A stretch of 64,000 bases of DNA from an uncultured Planctomycetaceae bacterium (GTDB lineage Bacteria > Planctomycetota > Phycisphaerae > SM23-33), in the NCBI GenBank assembly GCA_964607575.1, contig CAZSLS010000002.1, positions 25,304 to 89,303 of the forward strand, in the 5' to 3' direction. Under the pieces are notes generated by a model. That model worked only from the letters and a program-made list of their open reading frames with translations, searched no databases and was not told the DNA's origin. Made by a program: the position numbers and the translations under genes. Numbering within the stretch: the first letter of the stretch is position 1; each line of letters opens with the position of its first letter. Of this stretch, positions 56,088 through 64,000 are shown in pieces.

Positions 56088-57932
56088 TTACTCCACGGTC
56101 ACGCTTTTTGCGAGGTTGCGCGGTTTGTCTACGTTGCATCCCCTGGCCACCGCCGCATGATACGCCAGCAACTGCAGCGGGATAACCGTCAGGAGCGGTT
56201 GGAGGGCTTCGGGGCACTCGGGGACGTACAGCACGTGGTCGCAGCATTTGTGGATCTGGTCGTCGCCTTCGGTGGCTATGGCGATTACCGAACCTTTGCG
56301 GGCCCTTACTTCCTCGATATTTCCGATGATCTTCTCGTAGGTGCTGCATCGTGTCGCGATGAATACAACGGGCATGCCCTCGTGGATCAGGGCGATCGGA
56401 CCGTGTTTCATCTCGGCGGCGGGCAGGCCTTCGGCATGGATGTAGCTGATTTCCTTGAGCTTCAAGGCGCCTTCGAGGGCGATCGGGAAATTGTATCCGC
56501 GTCCCAGGAACAACCAGTTCTCGCGGTCGACGTATTTGGCGACCATGTCCTTGATCTCGTCGGACTGTTTGAGGACTTCGGTAATCTGATCGGGAATGGT
56601 CTGCAGCGCTTTGAGATAGCTCGCCATCAGCGGGACGGACATGAACCGACGCCGACCGAGATTAAGCGCCATGAGCGTTTCGACGACTATCTGGCAGGTG
56701 AAGGCCTTGGTCGACGCGACGCCGATTTCCGGACCGGCGTGGAGGTATATCCCCGCATCGGTTTCGCGTGCGATTGTCGAGCCGACAGTGTTTACGATCC
56801 CGATAGTCAGCGCGCCTTTTTCGCGAGCCTCTCGAAGCGCCGCGAGCGTATCGGCCGTCTCGCCGGACTGGCTTATCGCGATCACCGTCGTGTCGGCGTC
56901 GATTATCGGGTTGCGATACCGGAACTCGCTGGCGTATTCGACTTCCGTGGGAATCCTGGCGAGATCCTCAAAGAGATATTCCCCCACCAGGCCCGCATAG
57001 GAAGCCGTTCCGCACGCGGTTAGTATTATCTTCCGCGTCTTCACCAACTCGCGCTCGACATCTTTCAGCCCGCCAAGGATTATTCGCGTGTCCCGAATGT
57101 CAATCCGCCCGCTGATGCATGTTCGGATGCTCTCGGGCTGCTCGAATATCTCCTTGAGCATGAAGTGGTCGTATCCGCCCTTGGCGATCTCCTCGAGGGT
57201 CATCTCGATTTCGACAATTTCACTGGTGACCGGAACGTTGTCGAGCGTGAAGGTTCGCATGCTTTCGGAGGTGATGACGGCGACCTCGTTGTCGTGCAGG
57301 TAGACCACGTTGGCGGTATGCTCGATTATCGCCGACGCGTCCGAAGCGACAACGTACTCGTCCTTACCCACTCCGACGATCAGCGGGCTGCCCTTGCGTG
57401 CGGCTACCAGTTTGTCCGGTTCGCCGGCGCACATTACGACCATTCCATACGTACCGGAGACTTCCTGCAGGGCGGCCAGCACCGCCTCTTCGAGAGTGTT
57501 GCATCCATCGTTGTAGAACTCGCCGATGAGTTGGACGAGCACTTCGGTGTCCGTCTCGGAGACAAAGGTGTGTCCTCGATCGATGAGAAACTGCTTGAGC
57601 GTGGCGTAGTTTTCGATGATCCCGTTATGGACCAGCGATATTTTGCCCGAATCGTCGCAGTGCGGGTGAGCGTTTACTTCATTGGGCTCCCCGTGAGTCG
57701 CCCATCGCGTGTGGGCTATTCCCGCCCGAGCCGACTGCATCCGTGGATCTGCAATGGCTTGAGCCTCGACCGCGGCGACCCGCCCGGGGGCCTTGTGGAT
57801 GCGCAGTTCGCCATCGTGCCAGACGCACAGACCGGCTGAATCATATCCACGATACTCCAGGCGTCTAAGCCCTTCGATCAACACCTCGCAAGCCTTGTCG
57901 CCATTACCAATATACCCGACTATTCCGCACAT
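56088..57932 (-). CDS. glmS: Glutamine--fructose-6-phosphate aminotransferase (isomerizing)
   Basis: MCGIVGYIG… is the N-terminal nucleophile. Two SIS domains are present and the C-terminus is …KPRNLAKSVTVE. The start is set at MCGIV, not the upstream extension. Confidence 0.9.
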   Translation of the reverse strand: MCGIVGYIGNGDKACEVLIEGLRRLEYRGYDSAGLCVWHDGELRIHKAPGRVAAVEAQAIADPRMQSARAGIAHTRWATHGEPNEVNAHPHCDDSGKISLVHNGIIENYATLKQFLIDRGHTFVSETDTEVLVQLIGEFYNDGCNTLEEAVLAALQEVSGTYGMVVMCAGEPDKLVAARKGSPLIVGVGKDEYVVASDASAIIEHTANVVYLHDNEVAVITSESMRTFTLDNVPVTSEIVEIEMTLEEIAKGGYDHFMLKEIFEQPESIRTCISGRIDIRDTRIILGGLKDVERELVKTRKIILTACGTASYAGLVGEYLFEDLARIPTEVEYASEFRYRNPIIDADTTVIAISQSGETADTLAALREAREKGALTIGIVNTVGSTIARETDAGIYLHAGPEIGVASTKAFTCQIVVETLMALNLGRRRFMSVPLMASYLKALQTIPDQITEVLKQSDEIKDMVAKYVDRENWLFLGRGYNFPIALEGALKLKEISYIHAEGLPAAEMKHGPIALIHEGMPVVFIATRCSTYEKIIGNIEEVRARKGSVIAIATEGDDQIHKCCDHVLYVPECPEALQPLLTVIPLQLLAYHAAVARGCNVDKPRNLAKSVTVE

Positions 57933-58016
57933 ATGTTTCTGTTCCTGAGTGTCAGCTATGCTTGCATTATCGGCCCGAAAGACCGTTGACATTCGTTTGA
58001 ATTTACATCGCGCAAC

Positions 58017-58907
58017 TCACCGCGTCCCAGCGGCGGTGTAGACGATCTTGACCGCAAGCATCGCCGCGACGCCCAGCACCAGCAGGGCGAAATACCTGCG
58101 GACTTTTCTCGCGTGCAACCGATTGCACAACCACGAACCGAACTGCACGCCGATTGCGCTACCGGTAAGTATGCTCAGGGATATCCACAGGCTCACCTGG
58201 TCCTTGAACCCGTACCTCACCACCGCAACGGCCGTCGAGCAGAGCACCACGCCCAGGGACGTTCCGACCGCCTGGTGAACGGACATGCCCACAACCATCA
58301 CCAGCAGAGGCATGAACAGCACTCCGCCACCAACGCCCATCAGGCCGACCAGCACGCCCACGCCCAGGCCCATGCCGATGATCCCGGGCAGGCTGACATG
58401 CATGATGCCGGCACGGGGCAGGTCGACGTACGGGCCTATCGGCAGGCGCTGCAACGGGCTCTTACCGTGGGTGGTCTCTTTGGGCCCCCTCCAGACCAAC
58501 CACGCAGCGACGAGCATCAGCGCGACAAACAGGCACCTCATCAACTGCCTGAAACCGTCGCCCGCCAGTTCGTAAAGCCACTGGTGCATTTCCGCCCCGA
58601 GCAGCGCGCCGGGCACGCTGCCCAACGCCAGCAGTATCACGGTCCGGGGCTCTACGTTGCCCAACCTCCCGTGCCTCGCCGTGCCGGCGGCGCTCGTGCC
58701 GACCGACGCGGCAAGGTTGCTACCGACGGAAATCGTAAAATTGAACCCGAACAGCGATTCGAGTATCGGGACAGTCAGGAACCCCCCGCCAACGCCGAAC
58801 AGACCGGCCAGGGTCCCGATGCACAGCCCGACGGCGAGAAGACACCCGATCAGCATCGCCGGATTGGCGAAGTAGCTTCCGCTCAGCAGTTCGTCCAGTG
58901 CAATCAT
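58017..58907 (-). CDS. TauE/SafE-family (DUF81) sulfite/anion exporter-type membrane protein
   Basis: This is a multi-TM protein. …GTLAGLFGVGGGFLTVPIL… and the second-half repeat …GLMGVGGGVLFMPLL… are TauE/SafE hallmarks. Confidence 0.75.
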   Translation of the reverse strand: MIALDELLSGSYFANPAMLIGCLLAVGLCIGTLAGLFGVGGGFLTVPILESLFGFNFTISVGSNLAASVGTSAAGTARHGRLGNVEPRTVILLALGSVPGALLGAEMHQWLYELAGDGFRQLMRCLFVALMLVAAWLVWRGPKETTHGKSPLQRLPIGPYVDLPRAGIMHVSLPGIIGMGLGVGVLVGLMGVGGGVLFMPLLVMVVGMSVHQAVGTSLGVVLCSTAVAVVRYGFKDQVSLWISLSILTGSAIGVQFGSWLCNRLHARKVRRYFALLVLGVAAMLAVKIVYTAAGTR

Positions 58908-59096
58908 GATGCATCGCCCTCGACACTGTCGCCTGTCGGGCCGCGGCGGGCGGGGCGGTTGCGGAGGATCTCGAAAACAAAGTTGATCGACAACCCCCAT
59001 GCAAGAGGGATAACAACCAACAGGATTACTTCAAGAATCTTCGGCATGGCGGTACACTACTGTAACAAATCGACCGGACCGGACTCTGTCTGATTC

Positions 59097-61010
59097 TCAG
59101 CCGATTATACCTTTCGCTCGGAGCAGTGCGATAATTCGTTCGGTGCTCTCTTCAAGGTCGATTTCGTGTGTTGGAATTGTCAGGTCAGCGGTCCGGGGCG
59201 TTTCGTAAGGCGCCGTCACGCCGGAAAACTCGCTGATCTCGCCGCTGTCGGCCAGTTCGTACAACTCAGCGTCTCGTTGTCGGCAGGCGTCGACCGGGGC
59301 GGAGAGATATACCTCCATGTAGCGGTCGGGACCGAGTATTTCGCGGGTCTGGTCACGGCTTGTCTGGTACGGCGAAACGAACGCACAAATACAGATCATT
59401 CCCGCGTCGTTGAGCAGGCGCGCGACTTCGGCGGACCGGCGGAGGTTTTCGTTGCGGTCATCGGCGCTGAAACCGAGGTCCTTGCTGAACCCCAGGCGCG
59501 CATTCTCGCCGTCGAGGACCGAGCAATTACAGCCCGCGGCGAACAGTTTGCGTTCCAGTTCGTATGCGATGGTGCTCTTGCCCGATCTCGGAAGCCCGGT
59601 CAGCCAAATCGTCGCAGGCCTGTGTCCCATGCGCTCGGTCCGCGACTCCTGGGGTATCCCGCTGGCGTGAGAGTGGACGTGCCCGCTCTTGCTGGTGCGA
59701 ATTTGCTTTTCGGGCGATACGGTAAGTTTGTTCGGATCGCGGTCGAGGATCATACCGGCGCCTACCGTGGAGTTGGTCAGGCGGTCGATTACGATAAACG
59801 ATCCGGTCTCGCGGTTGCGGGTGTAGGGATCGTATGTAATCGGGCGGGTAAGCGACACGACACACCGTCCGATCTCGTTGAGGGCGAGGCTGTCGGCCTG
59901 GGACCGGTGCAGTGTGTTGACGTCCACCCGGAATCTCAGGTTGGAAATCTGACCGGGCACCATTTGCGTTGAATGTTTGATCAGGTACTGCTTGCCCGGT
60001 TGCATCGGTTCTTCGGACATCCAGACGATCATGGAGTCAAGCTCCCGATCGACCCTCGGGACGTTGTTGACGTGTACGATGGTGTCGCCGCGGCTGACGT
60101 CGATATCGTCTTCCAGCGTCACCCCGATCGCCAGAGGCGGGAACGCTTCGTCGAGGTCGCCGTCGGGCCCGAAGACGGTCTTGATACGGCTTCGCATACC
60201 GGCGGGCAGGACCATGACATCGTCGCCCGGCTTGATCGTGCCCGAGGCGACCGTTCCCAGGTAGCCCCTGAACGTCCTGTCCGGGCGGAGAACGTACTGC
60301 ACGGGAAGACGCAGATCGATCAGGTTTCGATCGGAAGCGATATGGACGGTCTCGAGATGATTCAGCAGCGCACTGCCCTTGTACCAGCCCATCGCATCGC
60401 TGCGCTCGACCACATTGTCGCCTTCCAGGGCGCTTACGGGTATGAACGTCAGATCGTGGACTTCGAGCTTTGCGGCAAACTCGGTGAACTCCCTGCAGAT
60501 CGACTCGTAGACTTCGCGGGAGTAGTCGACGAGATCCATCTTGTTAATCGCCACCACGACATGCGGGATACCCAGAAGCGCAGCGATAAACGCATGTCGT
60601 TTGGACTGCGTGACGACCCCGCTCTTGGCGTCGATGAGTATGATCACCAAGCTGGCGGTCGATGCTCCGGTGGCCATATTGCGGGTGTACTGCTCGTGCC
60701 CCGGGGTGTCGGCGATGATGAACTTCCGGCGAGGTGTCGAGAAGTATCTATATGCCACATCGATAGTTATGCCCTGCTCGCGTTCGGCCCGCAGACCGTC
60801 GGTGACTAAGGCGAGGTCCAAATCGCCACCGGTGGAGCCCACGCGGGCCGACGCCTCGACAACCGAAGACAACTGGTCCTCGTATATACCCTTGGATTCG
60901 TACAGAAGGCGCCCGATCAGCGTGCTCTTGCCATCGTCGACGCTGCCGGCGGTTACGAACCGCAGCAGGTCCTTGCTCTCGTCTTCCTGTAGTGTCTTTA
61001 TCGCGTCCAC
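59097..61010 (-). CDS. cysNC: Bifunctional sulfate adenylyltransferase subunit 1 / adenylylsulfate kinase (CysN-CysC fusion)
   Basis: GTG start with AAGGAGG 9 nt upstream, overlapping the cysD stop (TAGTG). The GTPase part is …[22 protein letters not shown]…DTPGHEQY…. The C-terminal APS-kinase part is …[17 protein letters not shown]…[10 protein letters not shown]…. Confidence 0.9.
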   Translation of the reverse strand: MDAIKTLQEDESKDLLRFVTAGSVDDGKSTLIGRLLYESKGIYEDQLSSVVEASARVGSTGGDLDLALVTDGLRAEREQGITIDVAYRYFSTPRRKFIIADTPGHEQYTRNMATGASTASLVIILIDAKSGVVTQSKRHAFIAALLGIPHVVVAINKMDLVDYSREVYESICREFTEFAAKLEVHDLTFIPVSALEGDNVVERSDAMGWYKGSALLNHLETVHIASDRNLIDLRLPVQYVLRPDRTFRGYLGTVASGTIKPGDDVMVLPAGMRSRIKTVFGPDGDLDEAFPPLAIGVTLEDDIDVSRGDTIVHVNNVPRVDRELDSMIVWMSEEPMQPGKQYLIKHSTQMVPGQISNLRFRVDVNTLHRSQADSLALNEIGRCVVSLTRPITYDPYTRNRETGSFIVIDRLTNSTVGAGMILDRDPNKLTVSPEKQIRTSKSGHVHSHASGIPQESRTERMGHRPATIWLTGLPRSGKSTIAYELERKLFAAGCNCSVLDGENARLGFSKDLGFSADDRNENLRRSAEVARLLNDAGMICICAFVSPYQTSRDQTREILGPDRYMEVYLSAPVDACRQRDAELYELADSGEISEFSGVTAPYETPRTADLTIPTHEIDLEESTERIIALLRAKGIIG

Positions 61011-61915
61011 TAGAAGTACCCCTCCTTTTTCTTCTCTTCCATTGAGCCTTCCCGGTCCTGGTCGACGGCCCGATTCTCCCGCTCGGAGTTTCTTGCTATC
61101 GTGGTTTCGGCGATGATCTCCTCGATCGTTGTGGCGGTAGACTCCACCGCCCCGCTGCACAACTGGCAGCCAAGCGTTCTGAAGCGGACTGTCATTTCGA
61201 CGACTTCCTCGCCCTCGGCGGGCTTGTTGAGATCGCCGGCGAGAAGGAGCATCCCGTCCCGCTTGATCACCGGATGGGTCCTGGCGAAGTACAATGGCAC
61301 GATCGGTATATCTTCGACGTGTATGTAATGCCACACATCCAACTCCGTCCAGTTCGACAGCGGGAATACCCTGAACGACTCGCCCTTGGCGTGACGCGTG
61401 TTGTAGAGGCTCCACAACTCGGGACGCTGGTTCTTGGGGTCCCACTGCATGAACTCGTCGCGGAACGAGAATATCCGCTCCTTGGCGCGCGATTTCTCTT
61501 CGTCGCGGCGCGCCCCCCCGAATGCCGCGTCGAACCCGCCGTCCTGAAGCGCTTTGACTACCGCCTCGCGCTTGAGAATGTCGGCGCACATCGTACACGT
61601 CCAGTTCTCGACCGGACCTATCCGGTCCAACGCTTCCCGGTTAATGTGAACTATCAGTTCGGCGCCGATGTCGCGGGCAAACTTGTCGCGAAACTCGATC
61701 ATCTCGCGGAACTTGAATGTCGTATCCACGTGAAGCAATGGGAACGGAAGTCCTCCGGGTGCGAAGGCCTTGCGGGCAAGGCGAACCATCACCGAGGAAT
61801 CCTTGCCCATCGAATACAGCATCACCGGGCGATCGCACTCGGCGACCACCTCGCGGATGATGTGGATGCTCTCGGCCTCCAACTGCTTCAAATGCGTTAA
61901 ATTATATGAACTCAC
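61010..61915 (-). CDS. cysD: Sulfate adenylyltransferase subunit 2
   Basis: …[18 protein letters not shown]… is the PP-loop SGGKDS-type. …[11 protein letters not shown]… is present. The protein is 301 aa with a GTG start. Confidence 0.9.
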   Translation of the reverse strand: MSSYNLTHLKQLEAESIHIIREVVAECDRPVMLYSMGKDSSVMVRLARKAFAPGGLPFPLLHVDTTFKFREMIEFRDKFARDIGAELIVHINREALDRIGPVENWTCTMCADILKREAVVKALQDGGFDAAFGGARRDEEKSRAKERIFSFRDEFMQWDPKNQRPELWSLYNTRHAKGESFRVFPLSNWTELDVWHYIHVEDIPIVPLYFARTHPVIKRDGMLLLAGDLNKPAEGEEVVEMTVRFRTLGCQLCSGAVESTATTIEEIIAETTIARNSERENRAVDQDREGSMEEKKKEGYF

Positions 61916-61963
61916 GTCTTGCTCCTGCCGAGGGCGGGGCGCCCGCGCGGTGTTTGTCTTATC

Positions 61964-62569
61964 TCACTGGCCCGAGAGGAATCGCTTCTCGTCCAGGTAC
62001 TCCATAATCTTCCCAGCCGCATCGGTCGGCGTTGCCTGGGCGCTGGTAATCCTGATTTCAGGATGCTCCGGTTGTTCGTAAGGCGCGTCAATACCGGTAA
62101 AGTCGGCGATCTCGCCGGCACGCGCCCGCTTGTAGAGACCCTTGGGATCTCGCCTTTCACACTCGTCAAGAGGTACATCGATGTACGTCTCGATGAACCG
62201 CTCGGGACCAACGATCCGGCGGGCATGCCCGCGCCCGGTCCGGTACGGCGAGATAAACGCCGCTATAGTAATAATACCCGCGTCGGCGAAGAGTCGCGCC
62301 AATTCGCTGATTCGGCGTATATTTTCTTCGCGGTCTGCAGGGGAGAACCCCAGATCCGAGTTAAGCCCGTAGCGGACATTGTCGCCGTCGAGAACGTACG
62401 CCAGATGCCCCAACCCTACAAGCCGCGACTCCAGGCTCCGTGCGATAGTACTCTTGCCCGAACCGCTCAAACCGGTCAACCAGACCACGCATCCGCGCTG
62501 GTCGAGAAGCGCGCCGCGGTCTTCGGGCCTGACTTCCCCTCCATGCCATGTTATGTTCGTCGATTTCAT
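61964..62569 (-). CDS. cysC: Adenylylsulfate (APS) kinase, standalone second copy
   Basis: …VVWLTGLSGSGKSTIARSLE… is the P-loop. …YVLDGDNVRYGLNSDLGFS… and …ISPYRTGR… are present. The start is set at MKSTNITW. Confidence 0.85.
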   Translation of the reverse strand: MKSTNITWHGGEVRPEDRGALLDQRGCVVWLTGLSGSGKSTIARSLESRLVGLGHLAYVLDGDNVRYGLNSDLGFSPADREENIRRISELARLFADAGIITIAAFISPYRTGRGHARRIVGPERFIETYIDVPLDECERRDPKGLYKRARAGEIADFTGIDAPYEQPEHPEIRITSAQATPTDAAGKIMEYLDEKRFLSGQ

Positions 62570-62621
62570 TTTTCTGTCAGTTCCACTGTGAAGTACCGGA
62601 TATCGGTCGACCGCCTCCCCG

Positions 62622-62656
62622 TCTTGCACAATCCCGAGCGTTGCGGTAGTATAATA
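62622..62656 (+). promoter_or_regulatory. Candidate sigma70-type promoter for cysQ (TTGCAC … 20 nt … TATAAT)
   Basis: A perfect TATAAT sits at 62651-62656, about 65 nt upstream of the cysQ GTG. The nearest -35-like hexamer TTGCAC has non-optimal 20-nt spacing. Confidence 0.25.
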
Positions 62657-62719
62657 GGAGATTACCGCCGGAGTCAAGCAAATGACCGGCCACTCCGCAA
62701 TAACAAGGAAACCTCGCCC

Positions 62720-63514
62720 GTGGATCAACAACTTCTCAACGCGTTCCTCGATAAGGTCCGTCCGCTTGCGCAGGCGGCGGGAAGAGCCATTCTACAGATC
62801 GCCGGCGAAGATATCGGCGTTACGGAGAAGTCCGACGGATCGCCGCTCACGCGCGCCGACATGGCGGCTCATCGGACAATCCAGGACGGTTTGAGCAAGC
62901 TCGAGCCCGTATTCCCGATACTCTCGGAAGAAGGCGACCTCGATAACCTCCAGGAACATAAATGGGGGACCTACTGGTGCGTGGATCCGCTCGACGGGAC
63001 CAAGGAGTTCGTCAAAGGCCTGGCGGACTACACCGTAAACATCGCTCTGGTCATCGACAGCAAACCCGTCCTCGGCGCGATCGACATACCCGCGGTCGGC
63101 GTGACTTACACCGCGGCGAGGGGACTGGGCGCCTGGAAATACCAACGCGACGCACCGCCGGAGCAGATCGCCCCCAGCACGCGGACCAAACCGGAATCGG
63201 CCGTCGTCAGCCGCTCCCACCTCGACGACGAAACCAGGCAGTTCCTCGAGGCGCTCGGAATCACCAACGTAATACCCCACGGTAGTTCGCTGAAGATATG
63301 CGCAGTGGCCGACGGAACCGCGGATATCTATCCGCGATTCGGACCGACGTGCCTGTGGGACACCGCCGCCGGGGCCGCAATAGCCATCGAAGCGGGATGC
63401 AAAGTAGTTGACCTCGCCGGCGATGATCTGGTGTACGACCCCGGGCAAAACATCAAACACGCCGGATTCATAGTCTCCCCGGAAGGGGTCCAACTGCCCG
63501 TCGCGAGGGAATAA
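62720..63514 (+). CDS. cysQ: 3'(2'),5'-bisphosphate nucleotidase (PAP phosphatase, inositol-monophosphatase fold)
   Basis: GTG start with AAGGA 10 nt upstream. …ILSEEGD… is motif A. …WCVDPLDGTKEF… is the WxDPLDGT motif. …WDTAAG… is present. Confidence 0.8.
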   Translation: MDQQLLNAFLDKVRPLAQAAGRAILQIAGEDIGVTEKSDGSPLTRADMAAHRTIQDGLSKLEPVFPILSEEGDLDNLQEHKWGTYWCVDPLDGTKEFVKGLADYTVNIALVIDSKPVLGAIDIPAVGVTYTAARGLGAWKYQRDAPPEQIAPSTRTKPESAVVSRSHLDDETRQFLEALGITNVIPHGSSLKICAVADGTADIYPRFGPTCLWDTAAGAAIAIEAGCKVVDLAGDDLVYDPGQNIKHAGFIVSPEGVQLPVARE

Positions 63515-63645
63515 CGACGACGGTTCAAGCCCGCCGCGGTCCACCTCCTGTCATTAATGCGCCACAGAAACCATAAACACGTTATACTGATAGCGGCGTT
63601 CGAGACAGAATATCCGGTAGAGTTGTCGGGATCGGGAGAAAGACT

Positions 63646-64000
63646 ATGCGCAACATGTGGAGTCTTATGGCGGCGGCGGTCATCTGTGCGGGCCTGCAGG
63701 CGGGATGTGGAGGCGGAGAGGAAGAAGCCCCACCCCCACCCTCCGGACCAAAAGGGGTCGCCCTGACCATGTTGAAAGCGATCGCCGCGGGAGATGGGGA
63801 TGTGGTGGTGGCATGTTATGACTGTTCCATCGAAGACAAAGAGTACATGATCAAGACGATGTCCTTTCGCCGGTCGCTCATGAATCTGGGCAACGCCGGA
63901 GCCAAGGCATACGGCTCGGAGGCCTGGGGAGCAGCCACAGAGAAAGCCGGCATGAACGCACTTGTACCCGACATGACCAATACCGAAAAGAACATGCAAT
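63646..64000 (+). CDS. Lipoprotein of unknown function (3' end beyond window)
   Basis: ATG 63646 has GGGAGAA 7 nt upstream. MRNMWSLMAAAVICAGLQAGCGG carries the lipobox LQAG-C. Coding character is good through the window end. The track's minus-strand ORF 63328..63999 overlapping it looks like an antisense artefact. Confidence 0.45.
   Translation, partial: MRNMWSLMAAAVICAGLQAGCGGGEEEAPPPPSGPKGVALTMLKAIAAGDGDVVVACYDCSIEDKEYMIKTMSFRRSLMNLGNAGAKAYGSEAWGAATEKAGMNALVPDMTNTEKNMQ

Noticed and set aside
63328-63999. 223-aa minus-strand ORF at the window end
   Set aside because: It overlaps the 3' end of cysQ and is antisense to a plus-strand ORF that has a good ribosome-binding site and a lipoprotein signal (LQAGC). 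Its translation is low-complexity.
1-64000. CRISPR arrays, tRNA/rRNA genes, transposases/integrases, prophage genes
   Set aside because: I looked for regularly spaced direct repeats, tRNA-like cloverleaf regions in the few non-coding gaps, and DDE/tyrosine-recombinase-like ORFs. None was seen, and all gaps are short or otherwise explained.

Overview
This is a high-GC (roughly 60-65%) and densely coded window holding about 45 genes. The gene content includes an arylsulfatase, Gfo/Idh/MocA, FG-GAP, PQQ-like and TolB-like beta-propeller proteins, PSCyt-like CxxCH domains, a DUF1080-like jelly-roll domain, a heparinase II/III-like protein, giant paralogous secreted proteins and TPR/HEAT repeats. 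That mix points to a PVC-superphylum (most likely Planctomycetota) chromosome; this is an inference and was not searched. I see no rRNA, tRNA, CRISPR array, transposase or integrase. The main elements are listed below.

- **Paralogous secreted family:** 1..1807 (5'-truncated), 19235..22159, 27760..30612 and 30743..34795 encode large proteins with a PD40/TolB-like propeller and cytochrome-c-like CxxCH motifs.
- **Cys-rich tandem paralogues:** 14750..17817 encodes two secreted proteins with DnaJ-CR-like CxxCxGxG zinc-finger tails.
- **Small polysaccharide module:** 12417..14743 encodes a phosphoglycosyl transferase, an ATP-grasp protein and a HAD hydrolase.
- **Candidate novel system:** 39083..47330 is a tightly packed, co-directional six-gene operon. 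It encodes a HlyD adaptor, a DUF3467 protein, a GAF-GAF-TM-HlyD fusion, an RRE/PqqD-like-M50 metalloprotease-HlyD fusion, a SecA paralogue that keeps the motor domains but lacks the C-terminal third, and a HAD hydrolase.
- **Sulfate-activation cluster:** 58017..63514 encodes TauE, a cysNC fusion, cysD, a second standalone cysC and a divergent cysQ.
- **Housekeeping genes:** ltaE, arfB and glmS.

All domain calls are by-eye motif recognition from the supplied translations. No database search was run.
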